This document shows, in pieces, positions 39,872 to 48,835 of a stretch of 64,000 nt of DNA (position 1 is the stretch's first letter; each line of letters opens with the position of its first letter). Origin of the DNA: Hydrogenophilaceae bacterium. Lineage in GTDB: Bacteria > Pseudomonadota > Gammaproteobacteria > Burkholderiales > Thiobacillaceae. The notes below the pieces were generated by a model, which did not search any database, was not told the origin of the DNA, and saw only the letters and a list, made by a program, of their open reading frames with translations. Location: positions 15,814-79,813 of the forward strand of contig JASJPG010000027.1 in the NCBI GenBank assembly GCA_031426815.1, read 5' to 3'. The position numbers and the translations under genes were made by a program.

Positions 39872-40188
39872 GTCGCACTCGGGACGCGGGTGGATCGGGC
39901 CACCGGTTTTTGCATTGGGAACCGGGATCAAAGCGACAACACAGGGGTAACAAGAGCGAATCACGTCTCTGGCGCCAAGGTGCGACTGCGCGCGTATATC
40001 CGACCTGTTGGTGGAGGACGCTGCCTCCTGGCCATGATGGGCATCCGCGCGGCGGGGGCTGATCGCAATAGCGGCCTCGAAGGCCATCGCCCTACTCAGA
40101 CTCTCCCGCCGCCGGTTCGACCTGATTGCCATCACGTTCATCTTCAAGCGCAACCGCGTGTTGATGGGTTGATCCAGATAGCAACGGC

Positions 40189-40965
40189 TCAGGCCGCTGC
40201 CATGCCGAATTGGTTGTCATAGGCGCCGCCTCGGACGATCAACGCCCAGGCGATGCGTGCGTTCTTGTTGGCCAGGGCCACGGCGGCCACATTCTTGTAC
40301 CGACGCGCCACCACGCCGACGATCCAGCGGCTGCGCGGATCGGTCTTGTTGGCGGCGGCCTGAATCTCGCCATCGAGTTGATCCACGCGCATATCCAGTT
40401 CCACCAGGTCCGCTTGCAGGCCAATCAGCAACCGCCGGAACAAGTCGGACAGGCCGTTCTCGACGTCTTCCTGAATCTCCGGCAGGGCGTGCCGCAAGGT
40501 GTTGATTCCAACCGGAACGATCACGCCATATTCCGCCAGGAGGCCGCGGATCTGGTTGGCCTTGGCGGTGCGCTGGCGGACCAGTTCGCTGCGGATGCGA
40601 TGCACAGCCATCACGTCCTGCTGGGCAACGGTCTTGGCCGTGACGAAGCGCATGTTGGGCCGCCCGACCGCTTCGCAGATCGCCTCTGCATCGTTGGCAT
40701 CGTTCTTCTGGCTTTTGACATAGGGTTTGACGAACTGCGGTGCGATCAACTTGACCTCATGCCCCATACGGCTGAATTCCCGTGCCCAGCAATGGGCGCC
40801 GGCGCAGGCTTCCATGCCGATCCGACAGGGCGGGAGCTTCTCGAAGTAGTCACGGACTTGGCGGCGGGTGCACTTGCGTTTGATCACGACACGTTCATCG
40901 CGGTCGACTCCGTGGATTTGAAACACGTTCTTTGCCAAATCCAAACCAATGCGGGTAACGTTCAT
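40189..40965 (-). pseudogene. IS110-family transposase with in-frame internal deletion (~85 aa missing)
   Basis: 258 aa versus about 340 expected. The N-terminal DEDD/RuvC-like part is intact (IGLDLAKN, GMEACAG, NDANDAEAI). The sequence jumps from ...AAANKTDP to RRYKNVAAVALANKNARIAWAL. The PGIG helix-hairpin-helix and the Ser-containing Tnp core are absent. Confidence 0.7.
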
Positions 40966-41081
40966 TTCGGACTCCTTTCTTCGCGTGACTGGTGGTGACT
41001 TCTCCAGTCTGGCACGTAGATGTCGTAGCAGGGAGAGGAGTCCATCCCATTGGAAAAACGCAGCGCCTTCCGCCCTACACC

Positions 41082-41813
41082 CTATATCCCCAACGCCGAA
41101 CGTATCGCTGCTTCGGCCTGTTTCGCCAATTCCCGCCGGTGTATTCCATTGTTTTCCAGCGGCGGCAGAAAGGTCACTTCGACAATCAGGCCGCGCAAAC
41201 TGGCGATGCGCCAGAGCGACTCGAGCAAGGTCATGCCACCGTAGTAAGCCGCGTCCAGACAGGGCGCGCCCTCAGGGTGGCGATAGCGGATGGAAGCGGG
41301 TATCACCGGGCAGCCCGCTGCAACTGCGGGTTGAAATAACGAAGGAAAGAATGGCAGCATGTCCTGTCCGTCCGACGTAGTTCCTTCAGGAAAGAAGGCC
41401 AGAATTTCACCGGCGTGCAATTCGGCCGCCATCTCCTGATTCACCCGGATCGCGTCGGATTTTTTTTCGCGCGCGATAAACAAGGTGCCGGTCGCCTTCG
41501 CCAGGACGCCCACCAGAGGCCAATCGCGCACTTCAGCCTTGGAAATGAAACGGACCGGCAGCAGGCTGTATAGGACGTGGATATCGATCCAGGAAACATG
41601 ATTGGCCACCAATACCGTCCCGCCGGCTGGCAGAGCGCCGCTGACGCGTACATCGACCTTCAGAATCCGCATCAGCTTGCCGGCCCAGGCAATCATGTAG
41701 CGGTTGCGGGCGGCCAGATCCTTGCGCGGGTAGAAAAACAAGGCCGTACCGACGCCGCTCAGCACCAGACCGAAGACCCGCAGGAGTTTGATGACGGGAC
41801 GGATCATGGCCAT
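41082..41813 (-). CDS. Lysophospholipid (1-acyl-glycerol-3-phosphate) acyltransferase family protein
   Basis: Contains NHVSWIDIHV (HX4D) and FPEGTTS motifs. Confidence 0.85.
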   Translation of the reverse strand: MAMIRPVIKLLRVFGLVLSGVGTALFFYPRKDLAARNRYMIAWAGKLMRILKVDVRVSGALPAGGTVLVANHVSWIDIHVLYSLLPVRFISKAEVRDWPLVGVLAKATGTLFIAREKKSDAIRVNQEMAAELHAGEILAFFPEGTTSDGQDMLPFFPSLFQPAVAAGCPVIPASIRYRHPEGAPCLDAAYYGGMTLLESLWRIASLRGLIVEVTFLPPLENNGIHRRELAKQAEAAIRSALGI

Positions 41814-41814
41814 C

Positions 41815-44697
41815 TCACCCGGTATTCCGCATGCCGGCGGCGATGGCGTTGATCGAACGCAGCAAGGGCTCCAGCCAGGGCGTATCGACCGCCTCGTCCT
41901 GGCGCAGTTTGCGCAGCAGCACGACCTGGATGTGATTGAGCGGATCCAGATACGGATTGCGTTGGTTCAAAGAAATCGCCAGTTCCGGCGACTCCTCCAG
42001 CAGCGTCTGCAGATCGGCCACATTCAGAATCTGCCGGACGCTGCGGGCGTATTCCTCGCGAATGGTGTCGTAAACCTGCTTGCCCTGGGCCGCATCTGGA
42101 CACAGGCTGGCGTATTCACGGGCGATGTTCATGTCGGTCTTGGTCAGCGCCATTTGCGCATTGGCCAGCAAGGTGCGGAAGAACGGCCACTCGCGATACA
42201 TGTTCTGCAGCTTGGCCAGCCGCGCCAGATCGTTGCCGCGCCAGCTTTCCAGCGCCGCACCGATGCCATACCAGGCCGGCAGGGCGTGGCGCGACTGACC
42301 CCAGGCGAATACCCAGCCGATGGCACGCACCGAATCCTTGGAACGGTCGCCTTTCTTGCGATGCGACGGGCGCGAGCCGATGTTCATCAGGCCGATTTCA
42401 CGCACCGGCGTGGCTTCGTAGAAGTAATCCAGGAAGCCCGGCGTCCGCTCGGTCAGCCTGCGGTAATGGCTTTCACCGGCACGGGCAATCGCGTCCATGA
42501 TGCCGAGGTAATCCTTGCGGTCCGGCTGCGCCGAGCCGATCAGATGGCTGCTGGCGCGCAGCAGGCCGCTGACGCCCAGAGTCAGTTCGTACACCGCCGT
42601 TTCCATGTTGTTGTACTTGTAGAACAACACTTCGCCCTGTTCGGTCAGCTTGAGCTGGCCGCGCACCGTCCCGGCCGGCTGCGCCAGGATGGCTTCGTAA
42701 GTGGGGCCGCCGCCGCGCCCCAGCGTGCCGCCGCGGCCGTGGAACAACCGGCAGGGAATGCCCTTCGCCTGCGACACGGCGACGATGCGTTTCTGCGCGT
42801 CGTAAAGACTCCAGGCCGAGGCCAGGATGCCGCCGTCCTTGCAGGAATCCGAATAGCCGAGCATGACTTCCTGGCCCTGCCCTGCCGCATCCAGCAGGCG
42901 CCGGTACACCGGCAGTTCGTAAAGTTGGGTCAACACCGATTCGACCCGCTGCAGATCGTCGATGGTCTCGAACAACGGCGACACGCCGATATGGCAATAC
43001 CAGTTGCCGGCCAGCCGCCCGGCGAGTCCGGCCTGCGAGGCCAGCAGCATGACTTCCATGACGTGCGAAGCCGAATGCGTCATCGAGATCACATATTTGC
43101 CGAAGCAGGCCGGACCGAGGTGACGGCGGGCATGCGCGATGAGCTGGAACAGCCGCAACGTTTCCTGCGCGGCGGGCGTCAGGCTGGCGAGATCGAACTC
43201 CAGCGCATTCGGATTGGCGATGGCCTCGCTCAGCAAGACCAGACGCGCGCTTTCGTCGAGTGACAGGTAGTCGATAGCGAGCGCGGCGCGCAGCACTTCC
43301 GCCACCGCCTGGCTATGCCGGCCGGACTCCTGGCGCACATCGAGTTGCAGCAGGTGGAAGCCGAAGGTCTCGACCAGACGGATCAGATCGAGCAGTTCGC
43401 GGTTGGCGACTTCGCTATCGCCATGGCTGATCAGGGAATCCCGGATCAGGTGCAGGTCGTTCAGGAACGCCCGGTCGCTCGCGTAGCCGGATTGCTCCGA
43501 GCTGAACTCAACGTCCTGTTCCACCAGGTCGAGATTGCGGCGTATTCGCAGACCCATGATTTCCAGCTTGCGCCGGTATGGCTCCTGCAAATAGCGATTC
43601 GTGCGCGCGCCCAACATGGCACCGGCCTGCGCCACATCCTGTTCGAGATCGGCCATGAAGGCAGCGGATGGACAGCACAGACGGATCGAGTAGGAAAGCT
43701 GGTCGCTCAACAGTTCCAGCCGCCGCAAATACTCGCTGTAAGCGGTCTGCGCCTGCATGCGCCACGCCATCGCCGTGACTTGGGTGGTCACCAGCGGGTG
43801 GCCGTCGCGGTCGCCGCCGATCCAGGAACCGAAACGCAAAAAACTCGGCGTGACGATTTCCGTAGGCGCCAACTCGCCGTAGACGTCGGCCAGCGAGCGC
43901 GTGAAGTTGCGGTAGACCTGGGTTACGGCCTGGAACAGCGATAGCGGGAAGTAGGACAGGCCGGCGCGTATCTCATCGCTGACATCGAGCTTGCTGGCAC
44001 GTACCTCGTCGGTATTCCACAGGATATGGATCTGGTTGGACAGTTGCTGGATCGCCTCGTCGCGATACATACCGCGCACGCGCGGGTCGTCCAGCGTCTC
44101 GATGGACAGGAAGATGTTGCGCAGTGCGCCCTTGATGGTGCGGCGCTTGGCCTCGGATGGATGCGCGGTGATGACCGGCAGGTAACACAGTTGCGACAGC
44201 AAATTCTTCAGATCTGCCGCCTTGATTCCCTGTTCCCGCAGCGCCAGCAACGTGTCGTGGAAGGAACCGGGCCACATCTGGGCGCCCTGCTGCACGGCGC
44301 GGCGACGTTCGCGCAACGCAATCGCTTCCTCGGCGATATTGATCAAGCTGAAGTAGATATTGAACGCCCGGATGATCTGGTTGAGCGCTTCCGGCTCCTG
44401 ACGGTTGATCAGCTCGATCAGTTGGCGGCGCCGGGTTTGCGATTCGCGTGCGCGCAGGGCGATGAATCCCAGCCGCAACTCACCGATGACCTGATAGACC
44501 GCCGGCGCCAACTGACGCTTCAAAACCTTGCTGAGCAGCAGATTGAGCAAGCGCTCGCGGCTGCGGAGTTCTTTCGAATGCGAAGTCGATACTGCGGGCA
44601 TGTGCAATTCAGGAGTTGGGTCTGGAACGGATAGTGCCATTGCGCGGGCCAGATGACGACCATCCTGAAGCCAGGACAGCGCTCCCGCGCTGCCCAT
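41815..44697 (-). CDS. ppc: Phosphoenolpyruvate carboxylase
   Basis: Contains VITAHPSE and MLGYSDSCKDGG, and ends in GMRNTG. The start is uncertain (44697, 44640 or 44601). Confidence 0.95.
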   Translation of the reverse strand: MGSAGALSWLQDGRHLARAMALSVPDPTPELHMPAVSTSHSKELRSRERLLNLLLSKVLKRQLAPAVYQVIGELRLGFIALRARESQTRRRQLIELINRQEPEALNQIIRAFNIYFSLINIAEEAIALRERRRAVQQGAQMWPGSFHDTLLALREQGIKAADLKNLLSQLCYLPVITAHPSEAKRRTIKGALRNIFLSIETLDDPRVRGMYRDEAIQQLSNQIHILWNTDEVRASKLDVSDEIRAGLSYFPLSLFQAVTQVYRNFTRSLADVYGELAPTEIVTPSFLRFGSWIGGDRDGHPLVTTQVTAMAWRMQAQTAYSEYLRRLELLSDQLSYSIRLCCPSAAFMADLEQDVAQAGAMLGARTNRYLQEPYRRKLEIMGLRIRRNLDLVEQDVEFSSEQSGYASDRAFLNDLHLIRDSLISHGDSEVANRELLDLIRLVETFGFHLLQLDVRQESGRHSQAVAEVLRAALAIDYLSLDESARLVLLSEAIANPNALEFDLASLTPAAQETLRLFQLIAHARRHLGPACFGKYVISMTHSASHVMEVMLLASQAGLAGRLAGNWYCHIGVSPLFETIDDLQRVESVLTQLYELPVYRRLLDAAGQGQEVMLGYSDSCKDGGILASAWSLYDAQKRIVAVSQAKGIPCRLFHGRGGTLGRGGGPTYEAILAQPAGTVRGQLKLTEQGEVLFYKYNNMETAVYELTLGVSGLLRASSHLIGSAQPDRKDYLGIMDAIARAGESHYRRLTERTPGFLDYFYEATPVREIGLMNIGSRPSHRKKGDRSKDSVRAIGWVFAWGQSRHALPAWYGIGAALESWRGNDLARLAKLQNMYREWPFFRTLLANAQMALTKTDMNIAREYASLCPDAAQGKQVYDTIREEYARSVRQILNVADLQTLLEESPELAISLNQRNPYLDPLNHIQVVLLRKLRQDEAVDTPWLEPLLRSINAIAAGMRNTG

Positions 44698-44729
44698 GAT
44701 GCGACCGTTGCGGCCGCATCATTCAAGCA

Positions 44730-46376
44730 TCAGTGCAAGCGAAAACGGCTGACCAGGTTGTTCAGCTCGCGCGCCAGACTCACCAGCTCTTCGCTGACGC
44801 CGCGCGTGCCCACCGCCTCGCTGGCAGTGCGTTCGGCAATGCGACCGATGGTGGAAACCCGTTGGTCGACGTTATCGGTCAGATCGGCCTGAGTGCGCAC
44901 CGAGCGCTCCATCTGCGCATTCAGATCTCGAATGTCCGCTACCCGCACGACGATCTGGTCCAGGCCGCCCATCGAATTACCCAGCGCCTGGCTATGTCGA
45001 GAAGCCGTCTCGCGTGCCGCATGCATGACCTGCACCGCGCGTTGCGCTTCCTGGCGCAGCTGCAGGACGATTGCCTCGATGCTGCGCGTCGATTCATGCG
45101 ACATGTTGGCGAGCTTGCGTACCTCGTCCGCCACCACGGCGAAGCCACGCCCCATTTCGCCGGCGCGAGCCGCTTCGATCGCCGCATTGAGCGCGAGCAG
45201 GTTGGTTTGCTCGGCGATACCCTTGATCACATCGAGTACATCGCTGACATTCTGGCTGCGCTGGTCGAGTGCTTCGATCACCTCGGCAGCCTGCTGGATT
45301 TCATTGACCAGCGACAAAATGCCGGCAATGGCGTCACGCGTCGTTTGCGTGGTTTTGCCTGCTTCACGGTCCGCATCGACCGATGCCTCGGCCGTGCGCG
45401 CCGCGCTGCTGCCGGCTTCTGCCGCAATATTTTTCAGGTCGCTGATCGAATGGACCGTGGATTCCGCCTCCTGCAATTGCTGACTGGCTGCCTCTGCCGT
45501 CTGTGTCGACGCCGAAGCGATGCGGTCTGCCGCACTTGTCAGGCGAGAAGAGGTTTCCGTTACCAGTCCGAGGCTGGAGCCGAATTTATCCAGCATGCCG
45601 TTGATCGCCTGCGCCAGTGAACCGACCTCATCCTTGCTGGCGATGTCCAGGCGTTGCGTCAAATCGGAGTTCTGCTCGATGGCCTGCATCGACGCACGCA
45701 TTTTGGATAGAGGCAGAATGACGATGCTGCGCAACAACCCCACCACCAGCGCAATACCCAACAACGACAACACCAGATTGAGTCCGGCCACGATCATCAG
45801 GTTGTGGCTGAATTCGCCATCCAGCTCTTTCAACGAATAAGTCATGCGGACCGCACCCAGCACCGTCCCTTGCGCGACTTGGTGGCAGGTCAGACAGTTG
45901 GTCCCCATGTGATTGGCACTCGCCGGCAACGGTGTCAAGACCGTCACGAACCGGCCGCTTTCGTCCTCGCCGAATTCATTGACGATTTCGCCCTTCACGC
46001 CACGTTCGTCCAAGGCGTCCTGCGGCTTGGCCGGATTGGTCGAGACGCCATCGAGCACACCCGGGGCATGCACGACCCGAATTTCACGCACGCCCGGCGT
46101 CGACAGGTATTTTTTGCGCAACGACTCATGCTGATCCATTGTTCCGGTCAGCATCATCGTATTGATGCCGTCGAAGTAGGACTGCGACATCACTCGCGCT
46201 TTATCAAGGGCGATCTCTTGCGCCAGCGCGCGCTCGTTTCTTGCAGTCAACCAAGTCGATGTCGCCAATACTGCGACGAATATCAGCGATATGGTCAGAA
46301 CGATCTTGGACTGGATAGAGGTCGTAACGATCTGGGACATGACAGGTACTTTCGACATTGGGACAACAACAGACAC
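44730..46376 (-). CDS. Methyl-accepting chemotaxis protein with CXXCH-containing periplasmic domain
   Basis: TM1, a periplasmic domain of about 150 aa with NCLTCHQ, TM2, a HAMP domain, and an MCP signalling domain ([14 protein letters not shown]). Confidence 0.9.
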   Translation of the reverse strand: MSVVVPMSKVPVMSQIVTTSIQSKIVLTISLIFVAVLATSTWLTARNERALAQEIALDKARVMSQSYFDGINTMMLTGTMDQHESLRKKYLSTPGVREIRVVHAPGVLDGVSTNPAKPQDALDERGVKGEIVNEFGEDESGRFVTVLTPLPASANHMGTNCLTCHQVAQGTVLGAVRMTYSLKELDGEFSHNLMIVAGLNLVLSLLGIALVVGLLRSIVILPLSKMRASMQAIEQNSDLTQRLDIASKDEVGSLAQAINGMLDKFGSSLGLVTETSSRLTSAADRIASASTQTAEAASQQLQEAESTVHSISDLKNIAAEAGSSAARTAEASVDADREAGKTTQTTRDAIAGILSLVNEIQQAAEVIEALDQRSQNVSDVLDVIKGIAEQTNLLALNAAIEAARAGEMGRGFAVVADEVRKLANMSHESTRSIEAIVLQLRQEAQRAVQVMHAARETASRHSQALGNSMGGLDQIVVRVADIRDLNAQMERSVRTQADLTDNVDQRVSTIGRIAERTASEAVGTRGVSEELVSLARELNNLVSRFRLH

Positions 46377-46482
46377 GGCAAATTTGCCGTGTGCTCATAT
46401 ATCAAAAGCAATATCGGTTGAAACTGCAAAAATCTTGAAAACTCTTGCGTAATTGAAATCCCTTTCAGTTCGAAGGAATTTC

Positions 46483-46516
46483 AAAAAACATACGGGCCGA
46501 TTCTAGATCGGCCCGG
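46483..46516 (-). terminator. Rho-independent terminator
   Basis: On the minus strand: GGGCCGAT-CTAG-AATCGGCCC followed by GTATGTTTTTTG. Confidence 0.75.
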
Positions 46517-46537
46517 TACGAGAAACTACCAGCAAGT

Positions 46538-46672
46538 TCAGTTGCCGCCTTCGTGCGACTTCTTGGACAGCTTGGCCCAAAGAAACAAACCCATGACGAT
46601 TATGAAACCAATCGTAAACAGGCTCAGCAAGCCAATGTCCGAACCGAACAGCTCTTTCATCACGACGTCCAT
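46538..46672 (-). CDS. Small single-TM membrane protein (DUF3149-like), not in ORF track
   Basis: AAGGAG lies 8 nt upstream of the ATG. 44 aa: MDVVMKELFGSDIGLLSLFTIGFIIVMGLFLWAKLSKKSHEGGN. It lies 26 nt after the ccoH stop and is followed by a terminator. Confidence 0.55.
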   Translation of the reverse strand: MDVVMKELFGSDIGLLSLFTIGFIIVMGLFLWAKLSKKSHEGGN

Positions 46673-46698
46673 TTTCAAGCTCCTTTAAAAAAACGCCC

Positions 46699-47214
46699 TT
46701 ACGGGTGGTTACGAAATGAATCACTACTGAGTTTGAGCGTGCCGGCAAGCGGCAGCGTCAATTCACCAGCCAGACGCCAGGCATGGTCATTCGGCTCCAG
46801 AATCCACTGCCGCTTACCTTGGCCGCCGGCCGACATGGCGCCGGTGTACTCGCCTTGTCCAAGGCCTCGCAGCGGAACGCGCAGGTCCTGCTCGGATAGC
46901 GTCGGGTGGAGCAAAAGCAATTCAAGGCTGGCGGGCATCGCATCCCATTTCCCCGCCAACTTGAGTCGGGCAACGCCATCGACGATCGCCAACTCACCGT
47001 TCACAGCCAGTGCAGCCGCCCGCTCCTCACGCGAAGTGTCTTTGCCGGGCGCCAGGCCCACTTTCTGGTAGCCGTCGTTGACCAGGGTATCCGGCTCGTG
47101 TGCCGCAATGAAATAGGTCGTGAAACTGGCCACGACGGCAATCGCGGGCAAGCCTGCGACCAGCCAGATCATTGGCTCTTTCCACCAAGGCCGCTGCAAG
47201 GGATCGTTCATCAT
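46699..47214 (-). CDS. ccoH: FixH/CcoH-family cbb3 oxidase assembly protein
   Basis: 171 aa with one N-terminal TM segment (WKEPMIWLVAGLPAIAVV). It follows ccoG. Confidence 0.8.
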   Translation of the reverse strand: MMNDPLQRPWWKEPMIWLVAGLPAIAVVASFTTYFIAAHEPDTLVNDGYQKVGLAPGKDTSREERAAALAVNGELAIVDGVARLKLAGKWDAMPASLELLLLHPTLSEQDLRVPLRGLGQGEYTGAMSAGGQGKRQWILEPNDHAWRLAGELTLPLAGTLKLSSDSFRNHP

Positions 47215-47223
47215 TGTGCGGCT

Positions 47224-48645
47224 CTATTTCAGGAAACTGGATTTGGCTTCGCGCACGATCTTGGGATCGTCCTCGGCCTTGATAGTAAACATGATCGGTT
47301 GGCTGGGCCGTTTCAATTGGCTGCCATCGACCTGCAGAACGACGTTCACGTTTTCCGTTCCCAAAGCCGGAATTTCCACGCTACTGCCGGAAACCAGATG
47401 CATACCTTCGATGCCACTGGCAGAAATGCTGTAGCGATGCTGGCGTCCATCCATGTTGATGACTTGCAGTCGGTACAGATTTTCCGTCTGCCCGTTATCC
47501 GCCAAACGGGAAAGAACCAGTCGATCGCGGATGACGTCGGTTCGCAGCGGTACACGCCCGATCAGGGTATAGACGAAAGCAATGCAGATCCCGGACAGAA
47601 GCACGGTGTAAACCAGCGTACGCGGACGCAAAGTGTGCTTCGCGATATCTTTGTCGGGGTACTTGCCGTCGATCGCATTCTGCGTCGAATAACGGATCAG
47701 CCCCTTCGGATAATCCATCTTCTCCATGACCTGATCACACGCATCGACACAGGCCGCGCAGCCGATACACATATATTGCAGACCATTGCGGATATCGATA
47801 CCGGTCGGGCAAACCTGAACGCAAATGCCACAGTCGACGCAATCTCCCAGACCTGCCGCCTTGTAGTCGACGCCCTTCTTGCGCGCACCGCGCGATTCGC
47901 CACGACGGTAGTCGTAAGTGATGATCAGGGTGTCCTGGTCGAACATGACGCTCTGGAAGCGCGCATAGGGGCACATGTATTTGCACACCTGTTCGCGCAT
48001 GACACCGGCAAAACCCCAGGTGGCGAAGCCGTAGAAGAATATCCAGAAGGTTTCCCACGGACCCAGCGTCCAGGTCAGGAATTCATGCCCAAGCAGATGA
48101 ATCGGGGTGTAGTAACCGACAAAAGTAAACCCGGTCCAGAGGGACAGCAGAACCCAAGCCAAGTGTTTGCCGCCACGGCGTACCACCTTGTTGACCGACC
48201 ACGGCGCTTCGCTGAGTTTTTTCTGCTTGTTGTGATCGCCCTCGAACCAGCGTTCGATCCAGATGAACAGTTGGGTGTAAACCGTCTGCGGACAGGCATA
48301 ACCGCACCACAAACGTCCGGCAACCGCGGTAAACAGGAACAGGGCGAGCGCCGAAATGATCAATATTGCGGCCAGCCAGACAAAGTCCTGCGGCCAGAAC
48401 ACCCAGTCGAACAAATAGAATTTGCGTGCGCCCAGATCGAACAGCACGGCTTGTCGATCATTCCAGTTGAGCCAAGGGAGTCCGTAGAAAATGATCTGGG
48501 TAAACAGAACCAGCCCAACACGCCAGAAATTGAAAATACCGGAAACTGCACGTGGATAGATTTTCTCGTGCACAGCATAGAGCGACACCTCTTGCTCGCT
48601 TTGCGCTTCCTTGATGATTGGTATGTTGTGATGTTGCTCAGACAC
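47224..48645 (-). CDS. ccoG: Cytochrome c oxidase accessory protein CcoG (4Fe-4S)
   Basis: Contains CVDCGICVQVCPTG and CIGCAACVDACD, with a polytopic N-terminal half. Confidence 0.9.
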   Translation of the reverse strand: MSEQHHNIPIIKEAQSEQEVSLYAVHEKIYPRAVSGIFNFWRVGLVLFTQIIFYGLPWLNWNDRQAVLFDLGARKFYLFDWVFWPQDFVWLAAILIISALALFLFTAVAGRLWCGYACPQTVYTQLFIWIERWFEGDHNKQKKLSEAPWSVNKVVRRGGKHLAWVLLSLWTGFTFVGYYTPIHLLGHEFLTWTLGPWETFWIFFYGFATWGFAGVMREQVCKYMCPYARFQSVMFDQDTLIITYDYRRGESRGARKKGVDYKAAGLGDCVDCGICVQVCPTGIDIRNGLQYMCIGCAACVDACDQVMEKMDYPKGLIRYSTQNAIDGKYPDKDIAKHTLRPRTLVYTVLLSGICIAFVYTLIGRVPLRTDVIRDRLVLSRLADNGQTENLYRLQVINMDGRQHRYSISASGIEGMHLVSGSSVEIPALGTENVNVVLQVDGSQLKRPSQPIMFTIKAEDDPKIVREAKSSFLK

Positions 48646-48835
48646 GTGATGCCTCTCTCTTCAATGCCAGGTTTCGGCAATTTCCATGGTTCACGTGCGT
48701 CATGGAGCACATCCGGGCGAAACGCACATTGAACTCGATTGATATGTTTTATGTTTTTCCCGGAAGCGAGCGGGCTTTTCAAAACCGGCTCGCTTCCGGG
48801 ACCGGCCTTGCGGCCAGCCCCGTGTTTACAACGGA

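Larger units (their letters stand above)
39720..41045 (-). mobile_element. Decayed IS110/IS1111-type insertion sequence (ends approximate)
   Basis: A DEDD transposase ORF sits between an 11-nt inverted match, ATGGACTCCTC, at 39720-39730 (+) and 41035-41045 (-). Long 3' noncoding region. The element occupies the apaH-acyltransferase gap. Confidence 0.6.

Noticed and set aside
41788-43263. 491-aa + strand ORF opposite ppc. Similar cases are 10664-12532 opposite mrdA, 46906-48732 opposite ccoG, 24855-26243 opposite hemN and 53792-55249 opposite ccoI.
   Set aside because: Same reasoning: the opposite strand encodes proteins with unmistakable motifs, and these frames show no recognisable domains.
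48739-48752. Possible FNR box TTGAT-ATGT-TTTAT upstream of ccoG.
   Set aside because: Only the left half matches (7 of 10), so I did not call it.
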